Positions 26,558 to 34,350 of a DNA stretch of 39,229 bases are shown here, in pieces (the stretch's first letter is position 1; the number at the start of each line of letters is the position of its first letter). A program made the translations under genes and the position numbers. The notes beneath the pieces were generated by a model. That model ran no database searches. It was not told where the DNA came from and saw only the letters and a list, made by a program, of their open reading frames with translations. The stretch is from assembly GCA_900313955.1 (NCBI GenBank), contig OMTP01000187.1, positions 1-39,229 on the forward strand, in the 5' to 3' direction. Origin of the DNA: an uncultured Lachnospiraceae bacterium. Its GTDB lineage: Bacteria > Bacillota > Clostridia > Lachnospirales > Lachnospiraceae.

Positions 26558-27869
26558 GCTTCTTCGCAGTCACTCCATATCGATCAAAATCACACGCCGG
26601 CTATTGCTCTCGCTCGCAACGGGATTCATTTTATTCTGGATCCTGAACACGGCCGGACGCTATTCTCTGAATCAGCGCCTTTTACAGACAGGCTATTTTC
26701 AGACCTATGAAAAAGATCGCCTTCAATCACTCCAGGAGTATGTTGCACAAAACAAGATCCGTTCCACTGATCTTTACAAGCTCCACACCTGGGCAAAAGA
26801 GAAAAATATCCGATCCTTTATCATCGCTGCCAATGATCAGTATCTGGAGGTCGCTATGGACTGGGACAAGTTTCCCAAACAGATGAGCATGGACTCGGCA
26901 GCCATATGGCTTGCCCCCATACAGTTTCATGACGGCGAGTTCTCTGTCTATCTCTACGAAGGGGAAGCAGAGCACTATTATCTCATTGTCGCTTTTGTCA
27001 CCGGTGTCATTGCTTTTCTGACCGGTCTCTATCTCTTCCTCGAGGAGGTCAATACCATAATTCGTTCTGTTCTGACACTGCACCGGGAAGTGAAAGAGAT
27101 CGATCAGGGAAATCTGGATATCGACATTTTCAAAGAGGGAGATGATGAGCTGGCCGACCTGGCCCAGGGACTTGACCACATGCGGCTCACCCTCATTTCC
27201 GATCAGAAGACACGGGATGAGATGCGCAGGGCCGAGGAGAAAATGGTGCTCGGCATGGCGCATGACCTCAGAACTCCGCTCACAGGACTTATGGCCTACA
27301 TGGATCTGGTAAAAAAAGAACAAGAAAGGGGCACGATCAATCCTGACCACCTGGCGGTCATCAGCAGAACGATCACGGAGATCCGCGTCCTCTCGGACCA
27401 GATGTTTGAGTACTTCCTTGTCAGTTCCTCAAGCGAAGGTGCCCCCATTCAACTGGAGGAACCGGAGACTCTGGAGAACGCTCTTGCCGATTATCTCTCC
27501 GACATGTGTGGCATCCTCTATGCGGAAGGTTTTACGACCGACACAGACGGTCTGGACTTTCGCCCCGTCAAAATTCAGATCTACACCGACTATATCGGCC
27601 GCATCAACAACAACCTGATCTCCAACATCCGCAAGTACGCCGCTACCGATGTACCTGTAAAGCTCGCCTTCACGTATACAGAAAGTGATGTTACCCTCTC
27701 CATCAGCAACGCCGTCAAAGATCCCTCCAAGTACATCAAGGGAACCGGCATCGGCGTCGAGAACATCCGCCTCATGATGGAGCAGATGCACGGCACAAGC
27801 CACGTCTCCATCGATCCCCGGGACTACGAGATCGACCTGACCTTCCCGCTTGCGGAGAAAGGTGGCTGA
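26550..27869 (+). CDS. HAMP-domain sensor histidine kinase (TCS-2)
   Basis: Two TMs, GDDELADLA, MAHDLRTPLT, NLISNIRKYA, GTGIG; TTG start overlapping RR stop. Confidence 0.93.
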   Translation: MSKLLRSHSISIKITRRLLLSLATGFILFWILNTAGRYSLNQRLLQTGYFQTYEKDRLQSLQEYVAQNKIRSTDLYKLHTWAKEKNIRSFIIAANDQYLEVAMDWDKFPKQMSMDSAAIWLAPIQFHDGEFSVYLYEGEAEHYYLIVAFVTGVIAFLTGLYLFLEEVNTIIRSVLTLHREVKEIDQGNLDIDIFKEGDDELADLAQGLDHMRLTLISDQKTRDEMRRAEEKMVLGMAHDLRTPLTGLMAYMDLVKKEQERGTINPDHLAVISRTITEIRVLSDQMFEYFLVSSSSEGAPIQLEEPETLENALADYLSDMCGILYAEGFTTDTDGLDFRPVKIQIYTDYIGRINNNLISNIRKYAATDVPVKLAFTYTESDVTLSISNAVKDPSKYIKGTGIGVENIRLMMEQMHGTSHVSIDPRDYEIDLTFPLAEKGG

Positions 27870-27883
27870 CAGCTGCGCCGTTG

Positions 27884-28486
27884 CTACCGCACTATCCTCC
27901 CACCATCCATCTGATAGGTGCGGCAGCAGAGTTGCTCGATATCCTCCCTGTTGTGACTGGCCATTAAGATCGACACTCCCTTTTTCTGAAGGTTCAATAA
28001 AAGCTGCCTGATCTCCTCCACTCCTCTGTTATCAAGACCGTTCATAGGCTCATCAAGAATCAGAAAATCAGGCTTTTCCATAATCGCCTGGGCGATTCCC
28101 AGGCGCTGTTTCATGCCCAGAGAATACTTTCCAACTTTCTTATTGCCGGCATCTGAGAGTCCAACTATTGTCAATAAAGATTCAAAATCTACATTGCGCA
28201 TGCCGGATAACATAGCCAGATATCTCAGGTTATGAAGCCCCGAATACTGGGGCAGAAAGCCTGGCTCCTCAATAATGGCACCGATTTTCTCCGCCATACA
28301 TGAGATACTCCCGCTGTCGGGAAGAATCAGATTGCAGATGCACTTGAAGAGAACCGTCTTTCCGGCACCATTTCTCCCGATAATTCCAACAATCTCTCTT
28401 CTTCCTACATGTAAATCCACCTGATCAAGAATCTTTTTATCTCCAAAGCTCTTGTCCAGTTTGCTCACCGTTAAAATATCATCCAT
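27884..28486 (-). CDS. ABC transporter ATP-binding protein (module B)
   Basis: GRNGAGKT, IIEEPGF, YSLGMKQRLGIA, ILDEP, ASH. Confidence 0.95.
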   Translation of the reverse strand: MDDILTVSKLDKSFGDKKILDQVDLHVGRREIVGIIGRNGAGKTVLFKCICNLILPDSGSISCMAEKIGAIIEEPGFLPQYSGLHNLRYLAMLSGMRNVDFESLLTIVGLSDAGNKKVGKYSLGMKQRLGIAQAIMEKPDFLILDEPMNGLDNRGVEEIRQLLLNLQKKGVSILMASHNREDIEQLCCRTYQMDGGRIVR

Positions 28487-28492
28487 GATTGA

Positions 28493-29326
28493 TCACTCCA
28501 TAAAATCTCTTTTTGTTGTCAGAAAATAGACCCCCACCAATAGCGTAGCAGTCAGAATGATCAGCCTAATTATACCGTACATCATGTATCGCGTGTCCGT
28601 GCCAGCCAGCAACTGTGCCCAGGCCATTGGCGTCAGATAATAAAAAAATTCCGGTAAATAAGCCACTCTCGTAATAAGGAACATGGACGCGCATGTGATC
28701 GCAATGCTGAGCACTCTGCCAACCAGAAGATTTAAGATCCACATAAAAAATGCATAAAACATGATCAGCAGAAAAAGAAACAGCAAAGTAATCGCCAGCG
28801 CCTCCCACGGTGAATAGCTGAAAATGACTGTATCCGGTACACTGACAATGATTCCATACTTATACCGGACATCCGTCACTGCCAGCGTCGTCCAGACTTT
28901 TCCCCAATGATTGGAAATATCAACATATGGACAGAGAACCGCTACACTGATGAGATATAAAAGAAGAGTATAAAAAGCACTGAAAAAAAAGATATACAAC
29001 AGATTTCCCTGAATCCACTTCTTTCTTCCCACCCTCAGAAAAGCAAAGACCTGCTCCTTTTTAAAAAAAGGAGCTTCAGACAAAAAGGGAATGATGCTGA
29101 TCATCAGGCATACGAACAGTTCCGGACTGTTCGCAACGAAGTCCAAAAGGAAAGGGGAGGATTTTACCGAGTAATCTGCCATGAATTTTCTCAGTTCCTT
29201 TGTCCATGCAGTAACGAAGATAAACATGCAAACAGGGATCCACAGAAGCCTTGCATTGGTAAAAAGCAGTCTGATCTGATATTCTGCTGCTCTCCAGACA
29301 GATCTTTTTTCAGATTTCATAAGCAT
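28493..29326 (-). CDS. ABC permease-like membrane protein (module B)
   Basis: Multiple TMs, PF......F..LRVGRKKW motif; start at MLMKS or MKS. Confidence 0.8.
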   Translation of the reverse strand: MLMKSEKRSVWRAAEYQIRLLFTNARLLWIPVCMFIFVTAWTKELRKFMADYSVKSSPFLLDFVANSPELFVCLMISIIPFLSEAPFFKKEQVFAFLRVGRKKWIQGNLLYIFFFSAFYTLLLYLISVAVLCPYVDISNHWGKVWTTLAVTDVRYKYGIIVSVPDTVIFSYSPWEALAITLLFLFLLIMFYAFFMWILNLLVGRVLSIAITCASMFLITRVAYLPEFFYYLTPMAWAQLLAGTDTRYMMYGIIRLIILTATLLVGVYFLTTKRDFME

Positions 29327-30111
29327 TTCCTCACCCAGCCGATCATCAATCTGTACGAAATGAATAAAATAGCAAATGTTGTCAATGCCGCCACACAGAC
29401 GATGATTCCTGGCCACACCTGTATCTCTACCGGAAATGTCAACAGCTCAAAACATTCCCGAAAAGTAAGGTACCATGGAATCTGTCCTGGAATTTCCTCG
29501 AACAAAATATAATAAAAAATGAATGGCATGACATAGGTTCCATACGAATATCTGCTCTTGATGGACAGGGCTAATGCCAGACAGCTGTAGGCAGCACAGA
29601 GAAGTGAATCCAGAGCCGTCTGCAGCTCAATAAAAAGAAGCGGATGACTCTTCAATAGCCCTCCAAAGGGTACAACTGAAAAATTAACGGCGGTAATGCT
29701 GTTTGGTGCAACTGCCGTATAGGAAATCATTTCCTTCAGAACAAATCCATTGATCCCTATAAAAATCGCAGCAAAAGACGAAAAGAAACATATGGCTAAT
29801 TTAGATCCTGTATACGCAGGAACAGAGCCTCGAAGGACAGAATATCTCAGCATTCTGTCTCTTCTGTCCTCACAAACAGCTGTCGCAAAAGGGAAAGCTG
29901 CAATCACCATATCCAGAAGTGTGACAATGGACCTGCCCCAGGTATTCACATAGATTCCGATCAGATCCTCAGATGTGCGAAACCGCCTTGCATTCACATA
30001 CCAGCACAAAAAAACCAGAAGACAGGAAACAGGAAAACGTATATCTCCGAAGGCCCGATATCCATCCGCCTTCAGAAACCGCCCAATTGATCTGCTTTTT
30101 TGCCTGCTCAT
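29317..30111 (-). CDS. ABC-2 permease-like membrane protein (module B)
   Basis: PFA...CED.......LRG....Y..SK motif, multiple TMs. Confidence 0.8.
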   Translation of the reverse strand: MSRQKSRSIGRFLKADGYRAFGDIRFPVSCLLVFLCWYVNARRFRTSEDLIGIYVNTWGRSIVTLLDMVIAAFPFATAVCEDRRDRMLRYSVLRGSVPAYTGSKLAICFFSSFAAIFIGINGFVLKEMISYTAVAPNSITAVNFSVVPFGGLLKSHPLLFIELQTALDSLLCAAYSCLALALSIKSRYSYGTYVMPFIFYYILFEEIPGQIPWYLTFRECFELLTFPVEIQVWPGIIVCVAALTTFAILFISYRLMIGWVRKCL

Positions 30112-31295
30112 GAATTGATCACCTTCAATGTCGACGCATCAAAAGATACATAAGAAGCATAGGGCGCCTGGGCAATACTGTCCATACCGGATTCTGCGGA
30201 GTCTGTACCCATTGGAGCCGGAGTTATTTTCATTTTGACATTCCAGACCGGCGTAAGTGTCCACGTATGAGGATCATCGCCCTGCATGATCATTTTCTGA
30301 CCAAGCCAGATATGATTCACCTCATAAGTATCGTCCGTAATGATATTTTCAAAATAGTTTTTCAGAGAAGATAAAAGTTCAGACGGAGATTTTATATCTA
30401 TTTTCGACCCATCCGATTTCACCGGATAATAAGAATTAACGGAAAGGCCTTCCACGCCCTCTGCATTGACAATGATCCAGATAGAATAAGTATCCGTTCC
30501 TTCACCTTCATAGGCCGGAACAACTTTTTCTCCATTCCATTCCTGATAAGTAAGAAAGTAATAGCAGTTATCCTTTTGTGTCCAGTCCGTCTTTGTGTCG
30601 TAGTGTTTTCCTATGGCCGCCTCGTTGATCGCATTTAACTTTTTCTCTTCCTGGCCCATTGTCTGATAATCCATGGGAAAACACTGATAGTGATCCGAAA
30701 TCTGATCGATTCCTAATCTACTAAGAAATTTTTTTGCCTCATCCCAGGCTTCCTGCTTTGTCTTAAAATCCAGGTCTCCATGGGACATGTATACATCTCC
30801 ATTATAGCTTGACGAAACAGGATCCGTATCAATCGCATTTTCAATATGCTGAACGGCATCCTTGTCTTTCTCATACGTAAGACCCCCAAGCCCATCAATA
30901 TTGAACAGGTCTTTGCCGTCTTTTGATTCACAGTAATCGCTCTTGTTTTCCCAACTCCCATCATTTTCTGTACTTCTTGCTGTCTGCTGATCGGGCGGTA
31001 TCAATGCACTCATCATCTCATCTCGTCTGTCCCACAGATTCTTATCACCCATCGTCGCTGTCTCAGAAATTCCTGCTTTACATTCTGACGGATAGGAAAG
31101 ATCTGCATTAATGGAGAAATGCGAAGAGATATTCTGATCCAAGTGACTTGGCCAGGCACTGTCAGCAGACTTTCCCGTTTCTGTCAAATCTGCTGCAGAT
31201 GTAAAAGCGGCTTCTGGATGATTGTGTGATCCACAGGCCGTTAGGATCATGCATACTATGGCTAACACTGCCACAGCCTTTCTCTTGACAAGCAT
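30108..31295 (-). CDS. Large acidic lipoprotein (module B)
   Basis: Lipobox LTAC; RBS GAAAGGAG before MLVKRK; C-terminal LTPVW...FDAST. Confidence 0.85.
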   Translation of the reverse strand: MLVKRKAVAVLAIVCMILTACGSHNHPEAAFTSAADLTETGKSADSAWPSHLDQNISSHFSINADLSYPSECKAGISETATMGDKNLWDRRDEMMSALIPPDQQTARSTENDGSWENKSDYCESKDGKDLFNIDGLGGLTYEKDKDAVQHIENAIDTDPVSSSYNGDVYMSHGDLDFKTKQEAWDEAKKFLSRLGIDQISDHYQCFPMDYQTMGQEEKKLNAINEAAIGKHYDTKTDWTQKDNCYYFLTYQEWNGEKVVPAYEGEGTDTYSIWIIVNAEGVEGLSVNSYYPVKSDGSKIDIKSPSELLSSLKNYFENIITDDTYEVNHIWLGQKMIMQGDDPHTWTLTPVWNVKMKITPAPMGTDSAESGMDSIAQAPYASYVSFDASTLKVINS

Positions 31296-31311
31296 CTTTT
31301 TGGCTCCTTTC

Positions 31312-31358
31312 AAAAAGAAATATATGCCTTCAGGCCAGTAGATCTGAAGGCATATATT
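31312..31358 (-). terminator. Intrinsic terminator between the secreted protein gene and the rest of module B
   Basis: AATATATGCCTTCAG/CTGAAGGCATATATT 15-bp stem running into a T-rich tract on the minus strand. Confidence 0.75.
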
Positions 31359-31380
31359 CACGCATCATAAGGTAACGTCT

Positions 31381-31782
31381 TTATGGTGTCCATCTACCTG
31401 ATACAACTGCGGTCCCTTTTCCAAACTGCTCTGCACAGAGATTAAACTTTGAGCCAGCTTTTGCAGAAACATCCCCGTGATAATCTAATCTTCTTTTCGG
31501 CGCTACTGATCTCCAGGTAGAGCATGTAGTAACCTCTCTTGTCCCTGAACCAACATGCATCGATATTTCTGGTGCCTGCGTCTTCACAAATGAAGTGACT
31601 GTAACATAGGCACTTCTCTCATTATCTGCCTTCTTAGCGAAATACCCATAATTGACATCCCGTCCATGAAGGTATTTTTCATTCATATGAAATGTAAACT
31701 CCCGTGTCTGTGCACTGGCAGTCATGCATGTTCCCACAAGACACACCATGATTGTAAACAATAGAGCAATCACTTTTTTCAT
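31381..31782 (-). CDS. Small basic secreted protein, putative effector (module B)
   Basis: Sec signal ending ASA-Q; KKADNERSAYVTV and terminal VSGRWTP parallel the module A protein; RBS AGGAGG. Confidence 0.8.
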   Translation of the reverse strand: MKKVIALLFTIMVCLVGTCMTASAQTREFTFHMNEKYLHGRDVNYGYFAKKADNERSAYVTVTSFVKTQAPEISMHVGSGTREVTTCSTWRSVAPKRRLDYHGDVSAKAGSKFNLCAEQFGKGTAVVSGRWTP

Positions 31783-31871
31783 ATACGGTTCCTCCTAAAC
31801 AATTCAACTATTCTTCCTAACCCGTGTTATTTTGAATCGGATGCATCCTCTCCTTTCTTAGCGCCGAGACC

Positions 31872-31967
31872 ATATTAACATTTTTTTTGCTGAAAAAATC
31901 TTAACTATTCTTAACAATGACTGTTAAGAATAGTTAAGAAAAGTTCTATCTTGGACTATGGTATTAT
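31872..31967. promoter_or_regulatory. Second divergent promoter pair with identical TTAAG boxes
   Basis: CTTAACTATTCTTAAC (31900-31915), 7 nt, GTTAAGAATAGTTAAG (31923-31938); TGtTAATAT at 22 nt (minus) and TGgTATTAT at 23 nt (plus). Confidence 0.85.
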
Positions 31968-32017
31968 GTAAAATAAAAATGATCTGGTATCTTTCGCCAA
32001 GCACTTCAGAATAAAAG

Positions 32018-32070
32018 GGTGCCTGCACCAGACATTTTAGAATATTCTAAAATATTTGGTGTCAGGCACC
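32018..32070. repeat. REP-like palindrome, right island boundary
   Basis: GGTGCCTGCACCAGACATTTTAGAATATTCTAAAATATTTGGTGTCAGGCACC, close copy of 19880-19933. Confidence 0.85.
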
Positions 32071-32073
32071 TGT

Positions 32074-32820
32074 TTACTCTTTTGTCACCATTGTCTGATT
32101 TGTTTTATAGTAAATCGCCCTTCCTGTCCGACTCGCATCCAGATATCCCTGTAACTCAAGGTTCTTCAGGACTTTCTGACGGAAATATGTAGAATTTGAC
32201 AAATGCAGGTGTTCCGCTATCTCAGCAGCTTTCCTGGCATTAAAATAACAAAATGCCAGAACGGCCGCATCGTATTTCGTCCCATTCAGTGCAGGAGTAA
32301 AACTGACGATGATGGACTCTGGATCAGACGAAATCCCAGTCTCATATGTCAGATCAGGCAAAGTCAGGGTAAAGTGATCTGATGCAGAATAAATAAAGGG
32401 ACGATGCCCTTCATCTGTATCCTTATAATCCTCTGTAATTTTGTCGAAGCCGGTTCCCGCAGCCTCCATCACATTGCATGCAACCAGTACATCGCAGATC
32501 AGTTCATTTCTGCGCCTGGAAATAATATGCGTCAGATCATATGTCTTTCCGAACGGCTGTCCATCATAAAAGCTTCCCGGGGACGATATCTCCAGTCGAT
32601 CTCGAAACATATCTACTTGAATCTGCGTTCCATCAAGATAATAATCACGATGGGCGACGGCGTTGACCAGTCCCTCAAAAAGAGAGCGCTCAGGATAGGC
32701 ATCTATGTTGATTCTCGAATTGGGCAACTTAATGAGTGAATGGTTCATTCGGGTATGAACAAACTCCAGCATGTAATTCAGAGTATCCGTCAGACATCCC
32801 TGAAAGCGATTTATAGTCAC
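32074..32820 (-). pseudogene. 5'-truncated ATP-binding protein (RecG C-terminal-like HATPase plus wHTH)
   Basis: YP...L.E..VNAVAHRDY, DRLEISSPG, RRN..I, MEAAGTG motifs; the usual N-terminal AlbA-like half and a clear RBS are missing. Confidence 0.7.
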
Positions 32821-32831
32821 ATAAGTGAACT

Positions 32832-32905
32832 ACTTCTCTCATTGCTTCAAATATACTTCTATATAAACTTCACGTCAACTTCTAATAAAACTTCATATTC
32901 ACTTC
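32832..32905. repeat. Helically phased array of seven GAAG(T) units
   Basis: CTTC starts at 32833, 32845, 32856, 32868, 32879, 32891, 32902 (spacing 12,11,12,11,12,11) in AT-rich DNA. Confidence 0.8.
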
Positions 32906-32917
32906 TGCAATTGATCC

Positions 32918-33070
32918 GTTACAGTTCACGGGTGGGTCACAACGTCGCTCCACAAAAAGACCTTCCATCCGGACTTAGTAAATTTGCGCGCAAAAGCGGG
33001 CGCGCAAATTCGAATGCGCCCTGATGGAAGGTCTTTTTGCTACGCACCGGGGTGACCCGTGAACTGTAAC
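32918..33070. mobile_element. 153-bp hairpin MITE, no target duplication
   Basis: TIRs GTTACAGTTCACGGG/CCCGTGAACTGTAAC; about 5 mismatches to 34004-34156. Confidence 0.9.
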
Positions 33071-33071
33071 C

Positions 33072-33485
33072 TCAGATCAGAATTCCTTCCAGGTGGTCGC
33101 ACTCGTGCTGGACGATCTGGGCGGCAAATCCGCTGAAGCGCTGCTTCTTTTTATGGAAGTTCTCGTCCTCAAATTCCACTTCGACGCTGCGATAGCGGGT
33201 TGTCTCGCGCTCGCCGTCGAGAGAGAGACAGCCCTCCGTCGTGTCGTAAGGAGCCACCTTCTTAGTGATAACCGGGTTGCACATGACAAGGTCGATGCCG
33301 CGTCCCATGCTGACGATGATGATGCTCTTCTTCTCGCCGATCATGTTGGCGGCCATGCCAACACAGGCATCCCTGTGAGCGCGCAGAGTATCCTTGAGGT
33401 CCTCAATCACCTGTCCGTCATCTCTGGTCGCCGGCTCCGCTTTCTGGGACAGAAAAAATGTATCCCTGACAATCTCCCTCTCCAT
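33072..33485 (-). CDS. def: Peptide deformylase (short form)
   Basis: GMAANMIG, EGCLS, QHECDHLEG motifs. Confidence 0.95.
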   Translation of the reverse strand: MEREIVRDTFFLSQKAEPATRDDGQVIEDLKDTLRAHRDACVGMAANMIGEKKSIIIVSMGRGIDLVMCNPVITKKVAPYDTTEGCLSLDGERETTRYRSVEVEFEDENFHKKKQRFSGFAAQIVQHECDHLEGILI

Positions 33486-33488
33486 GCC

Positions 33489-33890
33489 TCACGCCTTTCC
33501 GTCTTTCATGACACTCTCGACCGCCGCGATGGCCTCGTAGACCATGCCGTCGCAGTGCGACTTCTGGGGGTTCCCCTTCATGGAATTGACTCTGAGCAGA
33601 TCTCTGCAGTCCGTCATGTCGTCGTGATTCTGCTTGAAACTTCTCCAATAAGCGGCAATCGCATTGCCATCGGTGACGCCCAGAAGCCCCAGCGCCATAA
33701 GGCCTCCGGTGATGGCTCCGCAGGTTCCTCCGCATTTCATGCTGGAGCCAAAATTCGCGGCAAGCGCATTTGCCTCCTCAAAGGACATCCCGGCTTCTTC
33801 CGCAAAAGGAATCAGCACCGACTGAGCACAGTTGTAGTGCGTCGTCGGATCATTTCTCAGCTCCTTAGCTCTATCCAGATATTCACTCAT
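33489..33890 (-). CDS. C_GCAxxG_C_C family putative redox protein
   Basis: YNCAQSV, TCGAITG, DCRDL, HCDG; start MSEYL behind GAAGGG-like RBS. Confidence 0.9.
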   Translation of the reverse strand: MSEYLDRAKELRNDPTTHYNCAQSVLIPFAEEAGMSFEEANALAANFGSSMKCGGTCGAITGGLMALGLLGVTDGNAIAAYWRSFKQNHDDMTDCRDLLRVNSMKGNPQKSHCDGMVYEAIAAVESVMKDGKA

Positions 33891-34003
33891 ATCGTTACCC
33901 TCTTTTCTGTAAAGAAAGATTATCCCTATCCCTGTATTATAAGGCTTTCGCACGTTGAATGGGTAAACTTTTTCTAAAGAATAAGTCAGGCATCTCTACC
34001 CTC

Positions 34004-34156
34004 GTTACAGTTCACGGGTAGGTCACAACGTCGCTCCACAAAAAGACCTTCCATCCGGACTTAGTAAATTTGCGCGCAAAAGCGGGCGCGCAAATTCGAA
34101 TGCGCCCTGATGGAAGGTCTTTTTGCTCCGCGCCGGGGTGCCCCGTGAACTGTGAC
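34004..34156. mobile_element. 153-bp hairpin MITE with 8-bp target duplication
   Basis: TIRs GTTACAGTTCACGGG/CCCGTGAACTGTGAC; CTACCCTC at 33996-34003 and 34157-34164. Confidence 0.92.
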
Positions 34157-34164
34157 CTACCCTC

Positions 34165-34345
34165 TTTACAGTCCACATGCCCGCTCGACGCAAGTAAAGG
34201 CTCGAACTGCGGGGCTATGCGGCGGAACAAAAAGACAATCCCTCTCGGGCGCGTTCGATTTTCGCCGCCTGCTTTTGCGGCGAAAATTACTAAACCCGAG
34301 AGGGATGTCTTTTTGTGGAGCTGCATGCGCCCCACGAGTGAGGGT
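34165..34345. repeat. Diverged, inverted relative of the hairpin MITE
   Basis: Reverse complement contains GCTCCACAAAAAGAC, TTAGTAA and GCAGGCGGCGAAAATCGAA (matches positions 1-19); ends unclear. Confidence 0.7.
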
Positions 34346-34350
34346 CGTGC

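Noticed and set aside
19933-31782. Lantibiotic or other RiPP biosynthetic cluster
   Set aside because: No modification enzymes, no double-glycine leader or C39 peptidase exporter; precursors are Sec-type and over 100 aa
32825-32910. Mini CRISPR array
   Set aside because: Repeat is only 4-5 bp with 6-8 bp spacers, and there are no cas genes
32918-34156. Composite transposon of two MITEs carrying def and the C_GCAxxG_C_C gene
   Set aside because: Outer flanks do not match and the right copy has its own 8-bp duplication, so it inserted independently
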